Below, piece by piece: positions 21,109 to 33,100 of a DNA stretch of 38,912 nucleotides (position 1 is its first letter; each line of letters begins with the position of its first letter). Under the pieces are notes generated by a model. It was given only the letters and a program-made list of their open reading frames with translations, did not search any database and was not told where the DNA came from. A program made the position numbers and the translations under genes. The stretch lies in the NCBI GenBank assembly GCA_002633005.1, contig NMRA01000306.1, positions 148,535-187,446 of the forward strand, in the 5' to 3' direction. Source of the DNA: Phoronis australis. Its lineage: Eukaryota > Animalia > Phoronida.

Positions 21109-24100
21109 GTAAGTTGGTGATTCCATTGATGGGCATGAACCTTGAAGGGTGCAGGAGATCCAATGCCCAGTTGTATGAAACAGTCCCAAATAGGGGCTCA
21201 ACTAAGTTCCATAAATGTTCTACGTGTGTCTTGTTTTACTCAGAATGTTTCTGTCATTTTGTATGTATTACGAGTACCTTCATGAAAGTCATTTTTAATG
21301 TTTTGTTTATAAACTGAGTCCTTGTTTCATTACAAATAAATAGGGACTTAAATTAGGGGCGTTGCATGAAAACATCCCTACTGATTAGAAATAATATTGA
21401 GAATTCAAGAAAAAATTCACTCTCAGTATGTGTTAAAGCCATAAATAGACTTAGTAATGAAAACAAAACACTATAAGAAAGAACATTCAGTTTCTTCGCT
21501 AGTTAATTTTTCGAGTCCCTGTTTGGAAATGTTTTGTTCAACCAGGCATAGACCCACCATTCAGTCACCTAGACGTTGCTGTGATAGAGGAAGCTCAAGC
21601 AATCCCTACGTTTGTGCATTTTTGGTCCTCCACGACTGTAACATCCTTGATCCGTGCCTGTTCGTCTACATGACGTCAATCTGGTTTTTAGCTATATGCT
21701 GCCAAGATGTTTGCATGATGTTAAAACAGTTATTCAGCACTTTGTTACAATGAGTAATTGTTGTTGTAAATTAAGTTTTAGTGTGAGTGGTCCTACTTTT
21801 CACATAAATCTGACACTTTTGACCGTGGCCTTTGTTCGGTGACCAAAGAAAGTCACCGCACTCTGTTGCTTCATCATACCACATGTTCACTCAAACTAAA
21901 ACAAGTTAATACAAAAGTTTAACAGCCAGTCACTGTTCTTGAAATTGCAATGACCACTTACAGAGCAAAACAAATTATCCAAAATGTCCTAGCATTTTGC
22001 TTAGACAATCTTTTGACCATCGTCTTTGTTTACTGCATCACGTGACGTGGAGCATAGTGAATTTAGCGATGGTCAGTTGAGTGGAAAAGTAACTTTGGGC
22101 AGTTGACATGTGTCAATGCTAATATTTTTTGATGTAAAATGCACTCAGAACTATCCGGAATAATCTGTTTTTTCTCTATTAGTATTTAGAAATTGATTTT
22201 CATTGCATGATGAAGTTATCCTTTCGATTCTCTATCAGAAGTTATCTACCTCAGATAACATAATGGCCACATGCTAGTGCGTCTGTTGAGATTACAGGCA
22301 TTATTTGCAAAGGTCACAAGTTCTCATTTATTCTGTGGTCAATGAACTCTGATGTATGAAATTTGTTCAGCCTAATTTGCCAGACAACAGTAAATACTAA
22401 ACCTGAATCTTTTTAAATCCTCAAGTTTCCGACACAATATGGCATGCAAATGAAATTTTGTTTTGTCAAAATTTTCAATAAAAGTAGCTTCTCAGAGAAA
22501 AATGACATGTACATAGTCTTCAACTAACAATATTGCAAGGTAAATTTGTAGCTTTTGTAGCGATGTAGTAAAAATATAAATGTTTATCTCCCAAATTGCA
22601 AAATGTTAATTAACAGCAGCAAGTTGCACTCGTTATCCATTGCTGCGTTTGTACACTCTGTGTTGGCTGGTAATCGACTTATTGTGAATACAAATACAAG
22701 TTATTGAATGGCTCTGGCATTATTAATTGTATTGTGAGGAATGAGATGGTTTTTAGAAAAAATATCACTCAAGGGCGAAATTTATCCCTCACTGTTAGAC
22801 CTTCAGTTCCATCATATGTTGATGCTTTTGGTACTAATAAGTGGAAGAGGTCATAGGTCATCAGGACAACAAAAGTAAAAGAATATTTATCATCTGCTCT
22901 GTCAAAAGGATAGTAAATTCAGTGAAGAAAGTTTCCCAAGATTTGATGTTGTTTTAAGTACGGAGGAGCCGGACAAAAGATTGCTACAATGCATACCATT
23001 TTTTGAAGTGTGATTGTCTTACGTACATCGATAATTAAGTGTTTGAAAGTTCCATTTTTATGTCGAGTAATATTACACTCACGTTATACATTTCAGACAG
23101 TGAGTATCCTTGTGCACAACTTGTTTACACATTTTTTTCAAGTGTGCTTGTTGTGTTTGTGCCATGACTTAGCAGTAACATGTGCGCTCGCAAATTCTGA
23201 GACCTGATGTTCAAATCCCTCGCAAGCCAAATTTGGAATTTCCCACCAAATTCAAATGTCACTCCTTGACACAACTAAAATGGTTATATGTCTATAAAAA
23301 CCACAATAACTGAGGGATAAAGTTTGTAAGGTCCAGCAAAATTCTTCGGCTGCCACTGCTACATCAAAATGTAGACCGGACTTAATAAAGGCTGTCTGAT
23401 CGCTGTGTAATTTTTATGAAACGCATTCTCTCGAAAATAATCTTCATGCATCATGTTTTTGCAAAGTTACAAAGCCTAGACATGTTCTGAAACATTTCAA
23501 GAACATCATGGAACACATTGTTTGTGAAACATTTTCTATAATTACTCTCGTGTCAATTACTTGGTATATCACTTATTGAAAATACTAACATGTCAATTAA
23601 TGCAAACATTTGCCAATGAGATTTGAACTTTTGCGCCTTGTGATACTGAAGACAAGTGTTACTAAGTTATGTCTGAAGGCGTTGAAAACTTTAAGCAGTA
23701 ATGTTTTTTGAAGGAAACTTGAAACTTGTTGAATCCAAATAAGTTCAAGAATTAAATGTATTCTATTCATACCGAGTGTTTGTGATGCTATCTGCATGCG
23801 CACGTGCCAAAATTTGTTTCTGCAACATCAGTTAAACTGAACTTTGTTGCTGACAAGATTGCCATATATATCGCTAAATTCCTTCTACAAAGCAGATAAT
23901 ATCCTCATTTGTCATGTCAAACAATAGGATTGTTGGTTGTTATATCATTAAACACAAGCATATCAACTGAAAATTTTAGACATCTAATTCTGCCTAATTC
24001 TGAGAAATGATATCCATTGTACTGCTAATTCCGGGTGAGAAACAACATGACCGCCGGTCCTCTAAACAGGACCTCCGGGGATCAAATGGGACCGCCGCAC

Positions 24101-27100
24101 CAGAAAATGGGACTGACGCACCCAAAAACATGACCGCCCCACCACAAAACAGGACCGCCGGGGACTAAAACCGCAACAACTAACAGGCTAAGATTTATTA
24201 CCGTTAGGCCTACACAGACCNATGGATGACGTAGCAGGTATTGAAGGCAGTTTTAAGTGGTTACCAGAAAAGTTGATCTAGCTCAATTTTTGAGTGTAAT
24301 TCTCTTGGCTCCCCTGACCACACCCACCAGAGCGAACCTGCCAGACGGCCATTTCCAAGCATCAGGATACCCTCAGAGCACTGTGGCGCCAAAGAAAATT
24401 GGTTACCTTTTCATGCCCAAAAACGCTCTGGGATCCCGGTCTATCATGTCACTGATCATTTTTTGATCATCAATGATGAAAGAAGTATTTAATTTGTGCC
24501 GAATCGGACAAGGAACTTTTGTATCCAAACAAGCAGTGTGCCACTTGATAACGGAACCTGGGTCCAATAAAGTTACTTTTACACAAGAGACAGTTGTCAC
24601 GGTGTCAGTTGTCACAGCGCGACTTGCTCCACTTAAGTCGCATTTACACAACATTAGATCGCAAATTGGATCAGCATGAGTCACACGATGACAGTGTGCG
24701 CGTGTTCGCATAAAAAAGAGCGAATGTCCAAACCACGCGAAATGTCAGTAGATCACCCGAATATACGCTATTGCGCACGCGCATTGAAAGATGATCCCTT
24801 TCCGCCCTGCCCCAGTTGTGTTTAGACATGTAGTTGAAACCGGAGCAACTGATTGAGTGTAACTGGCTCTACCTATCAAACGGGTGTCAAAAACAGGTCG
24901 CCGCGGTTTCACTAACGTTTACACACACACACTTGCACTGGATCAGCTGTTTTGTGTTAGCTGTGGTGTGTCAGCTGTCTCTCGTGTAAAGGCAGCTTAT
25001 TATTTGGTCATGTAGGACCCTAGATTAACTTCTAAATAATGTCCATTTATTTTTGTAATAAAGGCCATAGGCCCACTGTACAAAAGAACAACTACATGTA
25101 ACATACTTAAAAGAGCAACAAGCACAGAGATGAAAAGCATAAAATATATACTTACATAGATTAACTAATTTAGTATCATCACGTGTTGGTATTAATCTAT
25201 TAAACTTAAAAGTAGATAGAAATTTTCAGTAGCACACTTCAATATAATTTTCTCTTAGTTCAGAATATTTATCACAGATTAAAGGTACTTCAGGTTTTTC
25301 ACTACACTGAGGCAGAAGGGACACACTCCATTTGCCCTATCTAAATTAAAGTGCCTGCCTGAGACTGGCTGGACATGATTTGTGCTCGGGGTATACTCAA
25401 CCTTAAACATTTTTCCAATTTGAATTCCTTTTTAAATTGATTATTAAGTTACAGTTCTCCTTGCAGATGACAATCACTCATTCGCTGTCTAAAAGTTAAC
25501 TGAAAAGTATTTTCATACCAAATGCCTTGATTTAACCAAACTTCGTGGAATCATAATTTGACGAAATATGTCTTGAGCTCATGTGGCTCAATTTCGGGAG
25601 TGCGGACCATTTTGATCTAAGTCATGCAAATTGTTGTGAGGCGCCTTTGAGTTATGATGAGGAGGCATTTTGAGAAGTTTGAACCCTCCTTGGCATTCAT
25701 AAAATTTTAATTATTTTTCTCCATAGCCCAATCAGTAAGGCGCACATAAATGGGCAGCACAACATAGGGGGCTGGGGTGGGGGCTTGTTATTGGAAATTT
25801 TTGCTATTTTCGAGTTTGTTTTTTGGCATGCGCTGTTCTATAAACCAAACCATTCTAGGGATGATTTTAAAAATTGGCATATATGTTCTCAGTGTGAAGA
25901 GGACGGTTGACGATGACAACTTCGTCTACTGTGGTGCATCCTAGTTGCAGTTTTGTTTTGTTTTGCGCTCGTAGCTCTATGTCCTAAACCCCCTGCAAAA
26001 ACTTTATTAAATTAGTAAGTGTATTTTTATGGAGTTAACATTAGACGGCGTCTTTCAGACGGATACGATGAAGGCAGTGTGCCATTTAGTGGCAATTTCA
26101 TTTTTTTCTGTTTTCTGTGTTTCTCTGATGTTCCTTGACAGGTTTTTATGAAATTTGTTAAATAGCTCTCTATTAAATAAACAATGGTATGTTTCCGATT
26201 TCAGATGGATTTGACATAATTTGCACCATCTAGTGGCCATTTTTATGATACAAATAAACAACCCTAGAAGCACAGCATTTGTGGTGCATTCATGGAAGCA
26301 TTAATCAACTCTCCGCGTTGCTCTTGTTGACATTTCATCCAGAAATTCATATTCAAATAAAATTTCATCATGTTATTGATACTGAGGTTTTGCCATCAAA
26401 CTAATATGCCTTTGCTCGATTTTACTAGTAAGACATGGTCACGGGACCCGATTAATGATTTGTGGGTAAAAAGCAAAAACTGAATTCTACAAGATTTCTA
26501 GTTTCAGAAAATATACAGTTAAAATCTATAAATAGTTTTGCAGATTTTTGATTAAATACACAGGCCTGTTGATAAGATCCTTGGTAACAGACTGTTTTTT
26601 TAATGAATGAAATATAAAAATCCTGGCTCTTGCATACATCTGTGTTTTTTGAGATCATGTTATACTTTATTTTTTCATTTAGGTGCTCGATAAATCACGG
26701 TCGACTGTAGATGGCGTAGATGTTTCCCTACGCCTCTGGGATACCTTCGGTTATCATGATTGGGACAGACAGTTTGCGTATGGAAGGTATAGATACTGAC
26801 ATTTTATAATCCGGCATTTTCTCAGATTTTGTTTCTCGCTTTCTCTTAATACCTCCCCAGTGATTCTAAAGCCAGTCTATTCCCCATCTGTTCAATTAAT
26901 ACTGCATCTACTGCTACATTTTTATAATTTCGTAAATTTCATTCAAAATACTTTGTTAATTGATTAGGAAAGTTTCACAGAATGCCACATTATTCTCTAA
27001 AGACATAATCGTTATCAATCATACAATGCTTGTTTCTGTTCAAATGATGTGCTATGGAGAAATGACATGGATTTACTGTAGTTTACATCGTTTGCTTGAC

Positions 27101-30100
27101 TAAATAGATGGTGTGGCATCTCAATTTGCTAGATGCAACGGGGAAAAACTGGAGAGTATATGAAGTAATAGGGGGTCATAAAGGTGAAGTCATTTTTTGC
27201 ATGTGAATACACGCTGTGTCAGTGGGTGTGTTTAATTTAACTACATTCGTTATGCTTTTTATCCTGGCAAAAGTGGTCTACGATGGTGTAATAATAGGTA
27301 ATAAGCTTAAAAATGGACTGCACAGCATTCTCAATGTAGACAGTAAGAGAAAAGCGTAGAGGTTCTGGTCTGTAGTCCAACTGATTTTGAAACCTGTGTT
27401 TAATACTAAAAGGAAAAGTGTCCCTGCTACACATTCAGGCACGCACATAAGGTAAAATGCTGTTATGAGGCATAAGTATAGCGCCCGACTGCTTTGGACC
27501 GTGCTTGGTGCCTCTTCCCCTGGTTGACACGAGTGATGCACCCTATTGATATAAGTGATGCTCCACCATGGCACCCCCTGGTTACTATGGCCTCTAGCAC
27601 TGGTGATGGCCTGATTACAGCACCAAAACTGCTTTAAATTGGAACCCATCACCTTTTGCTCATTTCAGACGATGTTTTTGAAAATGAAGCCAGATAAAAA
27701 AATTATGTACCTCCTCCGGGATTTTGAATACAACAAAAGACCAGAACCGAATATGCTTATTTGGTCAAACATGCAACACACTGGGGACTTGATTTCCTTT
27801 TTATTGACTGTACAAACTGCAGTATGTGTGCATATCTAGGCCTGTGCATTTTTATGCGAAGCTGTGACTCCATGTGGAAAGGAATAAAATTTCCACAATT
27901 GAATGTGAGTGAAGCGTGACTTAACCATTACAAATTGGTTGACTTTAAGGGATGTGTTTGATTTTTTTCACGACTGAAAAATGTATTTTTGGGATTATTG
28001 TATATTATTAACAAAATGCGTTTTTTGTGATTCTGTTACAAGTCGCCAATTTTGTCTGTTGTTGTTTGCTGAAGTCAAGACTGTTGACTATATCAATTAA
28101 ACATGATAAAAATGCTCTACCATTTTGTGGGCGGAGTTCAATTCCTCCTGTAGAGTGTTAGGCTGTGACTCCAGGGATTGCAGTGTGGATGCTAGGTAGA
28201 CTTCAGAAAGAGCCTAATGACTATATAAGAGGGTTCTCTTTGAGTTTCAAATGAGGGGTTTTGTGCAATGGGTAAAAGCTATGTGGCCTGCGCATGAAAT
28301 TTTTATTACATGTTTAGACCACAGCTATGAAACAACAGAATCCACTGTGCTTTTGTGATTTTATTAGTTGCCAGTTTTCAGCATTGCTTGCCAGACATTC
28401 ACTAAAATCAAGGCTTGTCACTTAATAAGCAGTTAACTACGCTTAAAAAACTGCCGTTGATCATGTGTTGAGCTGTACCTGTGGAGCGTTAAACTGTGGT
28501 TTATCATGTGTTGAGCTGTACCTGTGGAGCGTTAAACTGTGGTTTATCATGTGTTGAGCTGTACCTGTGGAGCGTTAAACTGTGGTTTATCATGTGTTGA
28601 GCTGTACCTGTGGAGCGTTAAACTGTGGTTTATCATGTGTTGAGTTGTACCAGCGGAGTGCTCTCACTTCAACGGTGGCAGTTGCAGGTTGAATCGCATG
28701 CTGACGATGATTCCTGGAAATGACTATTTTCTCCGATTATATTCCTTTGATATATAAAACATGTAAAGCTGACTTTCTAATCATGTTGTGGTATGTACCA
28801 TACTATCTGTCATCACATTTCACATATAAGCTTTTCTGTGCTTCTCAGAGTTACCAAGAACCTAGTGGAATTTCAGTCCTCCGTCTATGTGTCTGTAATT
28901 TGCTACGTGTCCCAAATTTCTGACTCAAGTGGTGCCTTCTGCCTGTGGGTACTGAGCTAATGACTGCCAATAGACTTTTCTGTTTTTAGTTTGATCGACG
29001 ATTGGTTGCTGATTCGTTACCAACCAATTGGACAAAAATTTGTCAATGCTGATCAAGAGTGTTTTGTATCGCCAATTTTGAGGGCATCCCTTTAGTTTAT
29101 AATGTGCACTCTGTCTCTTTCCCTTTGTTTTCAGAGCTGATGTGGTCCTTGTCTGTTTCTCCTTGGTGAAGCCTAACTCACTGAGAAATGTGACCAGTGT
29201 CTGGTTCCCAGAGGTTGCTAACATCTGTCCAGACACCCCCATTGTCCTTTGTGGCTGCCAGGCAGATCTGCGATACCTTTACCTGCAAGAGGACTTTTTG
29301 AAGCTGAACAAGGGTCAACTTTTCAGGCATGTCTCCCTTACTCGTAGCTAACTTTCCTGTCTGTAGTGTCTCCCTTGCTCACTTGAGCACTTACATCCTT
29401 ACAGTTCTCCCCCGTCTGTTCTCCGCTTGCACCCTTCTTGCCTCCCTGATGCCCATGCCTCTCTCCTCCAACCCCCTGGCCCACTTTCCTGGCTTTCCCC
29501 CTCTCCCCTCCTTTGCCCGCCCTCCTAATTCCCTCCCTCTCCACCTCCCGTCTCTCACCTACCCTCCGCGCTCCAGATGCCTCTCTCTTCCTTCCCCTCT
29601 ATACTCTGCCAAGAACCATCTGAAGTCCCATAGTCTCATTTTGTGATGTATGGAATGAAATATGAAATCAGTACATACATTTTTCTTTCTTGGGATAAAG
29701 AATTCTGATTTTTATTTTTAAGAAGTGCATGACTGAGAGCTCTATTTCTCTTTTTATTTGACAGGTTGTAATTTTGTTTAGTGCGCATAATGCGTTCAGT
29801 GATACAATGATTTACTAATTTGTCTTCTAGAACTGTCCGTGAATGTGACTTGCTATACCCTGAAAATGGCCGTAGTGTTGCAAAGAAATTATCAGCTCCA
29901 TACTACGAGACCAGTGCGCTGACAAGAGACGGGGTGAATACAGTATTTGAGAATGTCATCCGGGTAGCACTCCGCGAGAGACGTCGCCATCGGTTTTGGG
30001 CGACACATCTTAAGTCTATTCAAAAACCTTCTCGACAGCCACCACTACTGCCACCTTGTCCATCAATGCCAGAAATGACTATCCCTGATAGCCCTATGTG

Positions 30101-33100
30101 CCAAGACCTCTCAAATATGTTAGAGACCAAGCTATTTTGTGATGTGACATTTCTTGTGCAGGGTCGTACCATCAGTGCTCACAGTATAATTCTCATGTCT
30201 TCTAGCCAAGTGTTTTGGGAAATCTTTCACAACTCTTTGAAATGTAATGATGAAAAACAGGATTGGCACTCTGCCAACATGGCAAGTGATGCTTCCCAGG
30301 ATCATGTGTCAGGAAGTGACGAGACTGGTTTACTGGAGATCGATTCTGAAGAAATCTTACTAACATCCAACAGCCGGAATGAGCAACAGCACCATGATGT
30401 GTTGACTTCAGTCACTGATGTTTTCGATTCCTCTACCAGTTCGATGTTGTCAAACAAAATGGAGGCATGCACATCTTCCTATAACAGAGACAAAAGTTGC
30501 CAAAAGTGGCAATATTTATTTGCACATGTTCAAGTTGATGACTGTAAGAGTTCATCAGATTGTGATCGTACAAAAATTACCGTCACTTTAGATCAGTCCG
30601 TCTGCTATGATGTCTTCCACTCCATCATTGTCTACCTCTATTCAGGAAAACTTCCACACTGGTAGGAAAAAGAGATTATTATAATTATTATTTTTTATTA
30701 AAAAAATCACATTTGCTAGGCTCTGTAAAACATACTATGATCATGTTAAGATAATTGTTTCATTGATTGCTGGATTTTTTGCACAAATTTATTTATCCAA
30801 TGAAATGTTGTCGAATTGTGAATATTTTCACTACACATAACCATGCTTTGTAAACAAGCGCCTCCTAGTGTGTATGTTAGTTATCCCTGCTAAACTGAAT
30901 TCTTGGTTCAGATGTCACATATTTGGTGGATGGTAAAGTCTCTTGTTTTTTAAAAAAAGATAAACACCAAATTAATGCTTTTTCACGTTCAAGCTCTTTG
31001 CACACATGCTATCTGCTGTGAAACAGCATTTGAAATTATTATGGTCTTTGAAACTGGAAAAGGACATTTTAGCAATTATTTTTGTACGAAATTGGTGAGA
31101 ATTCATTGTACTTACTTCCGTCATTTGTGTCTGCCATGTGATAGTTATCATATACAAAATATTAGAGATTCTCCAACTTCATTCATTTACTCAAAATTTG
31201 GATTTGAAGTAACAGTCATAATATACACGTAATTGGTAAGCTGTAGTGTAAGTACTTGGTACTTTAATATCTGATCTTGGATTTTGCATGCTGACCTCTA
31301 AGGTTATGTAGGATCCTGCCGACAAGTGCGGGTATTATGCAAAATATCGACACAATACACGATTATAGGTTTGGACTCCTTGGAAGCAGGTGATTTTTGT
31401 GCAAGTTGAAAGATTGTAGAATTTGCTTTTTTCGGAGTCTCTTTAACTAAGTCATGTGTCAGACCGCGTCTTTTTTAAATTAATGAAATTTAGTAAAAAG
31501 GAAGGTAGTACATTGATAGCAAAACAAGCATATCAGAAACACGAGTCCTACAAATTTAATTTTATTCCTGATGAAATCTCAAAAATCCTGTTGCTGTTTT
31601 TTTAAATTATCATGCAACTTTAATAAGATAGTTTTGATAGCCTCTATTGCAAAAGTGACACATTTTGAAAACACTTATGAAGTAAAATGGTGTTTTGGAG
31701 TACAATGCATAAACCATAGTGTAGTTCGGTAGCAGCCCTTTGGTAACACAAACTTCGTTGGAAACACGACTAAACTCTTTGTTGGAAAGCTTGGTATAGA
31801 GTCACTTGTAGTGTTGAAACAATCTCCTTGCATTGTATCTGAAAGTTTTGTATGAATCCCATCAGCCATTTCTGAGAAAAGATGTTCTGAAATTAACCAA
31901 ATTTGGACATTTTTCTAGGGTCCTACATAAACCATAAATATCCTTACTTCCACTTTCAGCAAAGACGCACTACCAGAGGTCATGACCCTTGCCCACACTC
32001 TTTGCATAGACACTCTTGTTGTCATGTTGACGAACCTGGCTGCTGGTGAAGAGTTTTTGAACACAGAAACTGAGGAAGCATTTTATAAGAAAAGGCAAGA
32101 CTGTTTTGTTAACAGTTTCTTACATCCGGGCCTTTTGGCAGGTGAGTCATAATTGTGGATTCAAAGTTGCTGATGAAAATGTTACTTAACAGTACCTGAC
32201 AAAAGTAATCTGACTGTACCAGACAAAAGTAATCTGACAGTACCTGACAAAAGTTATCGGACAGTACTAGACAAAAGTTATCTGACAGTACCAGACAAAA
32301 GTAATATGACAAAATACTCTCTTCCTGTCATCAGTGGTGGATTTAGAGGGGGGGCAAGGGGGCTGTGGCACCCCTAAAATTCTACCAGATACCATTGGGC
32401 AGTTTGAATGTTAATTGCTGGTTAGCATATGCGNGTCTACCATTTTTTTATTCATAAGGTTCGCGAACCCAAAAATTTGAGACCCCTGCATCCCTACATT
32501 TTAGGCTAGGCGCACGCATGTTCCCAAATTCTGGTTATTCCTGTGCCCTGCCCCCCCCAACTCAAAATCCTGGATCCACCCCTGGTCATGATGGTTTGTT
32601 ATTTGCTCTGAGCCGTCTTGACGAATTATTGTAGCTACTCTGACGGTCAGTTTGGAGTATTTCATTCGAAACGCTGGCGTTGTTATCAAAAGCATTGTTG
32701 TAAGGCTGTGGACTCGCAATCATTTAGTGACAACACAGGTAACTAGGTGACGTGGAAGCAGTATTACTGAAAACAACACATGTCACTTGTGTACCAGAAT
32801 TCAAAGCACAAGTTCTCTGCAACGTGTGAGCACGACTAAACATCCATCATTAAAGAAAAATAAATAATTGAAAGCCAGCCTCAACATGCATTGAATAAAT
32901 AATTGAATTAGCAAATCTTTAACGCAAAAGATTCTCAGAGTACAGGTCATTCAATAACATTGAAGTTGAATGTCACCACTAAGATGCAAATCATGTCAGA
33001 CGTAGGTTATTTGACAAATTGCTTTGATCAGTGGAAGAAATTAATTGATATCTGATAAAAATTCTCCAGTCTGAGACTTTGCAAAGTTTATTTTTGCTAA

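Noticed and set aside
28449-28660. CRISPR-like regular repeats (also 32189-32311 and 35518-35710)
   Set aside because: Head-to-tail units with no unique spacers, no cas genes, eukaryotic intron context.
29329-29646. Pro/Leu/Ser-rich ORF and Gly/Glu/Arg-rich antisense ORF
   Set aside because: By-products of the polypyrimidine tract.
29761-29765. Alternative acceptor ttgacag that would allow a GT donor
   Set aside because: The frame needed hits TAA immediately, and the phase-0 reading stops before 29831.
14085-32434. Single N bases at 14085, 20520 and 32434
   Set aside because: Assembly ambiguity or gap markers, two of them beside G/C homopolymers; not biological, but local distances may be unreliable.
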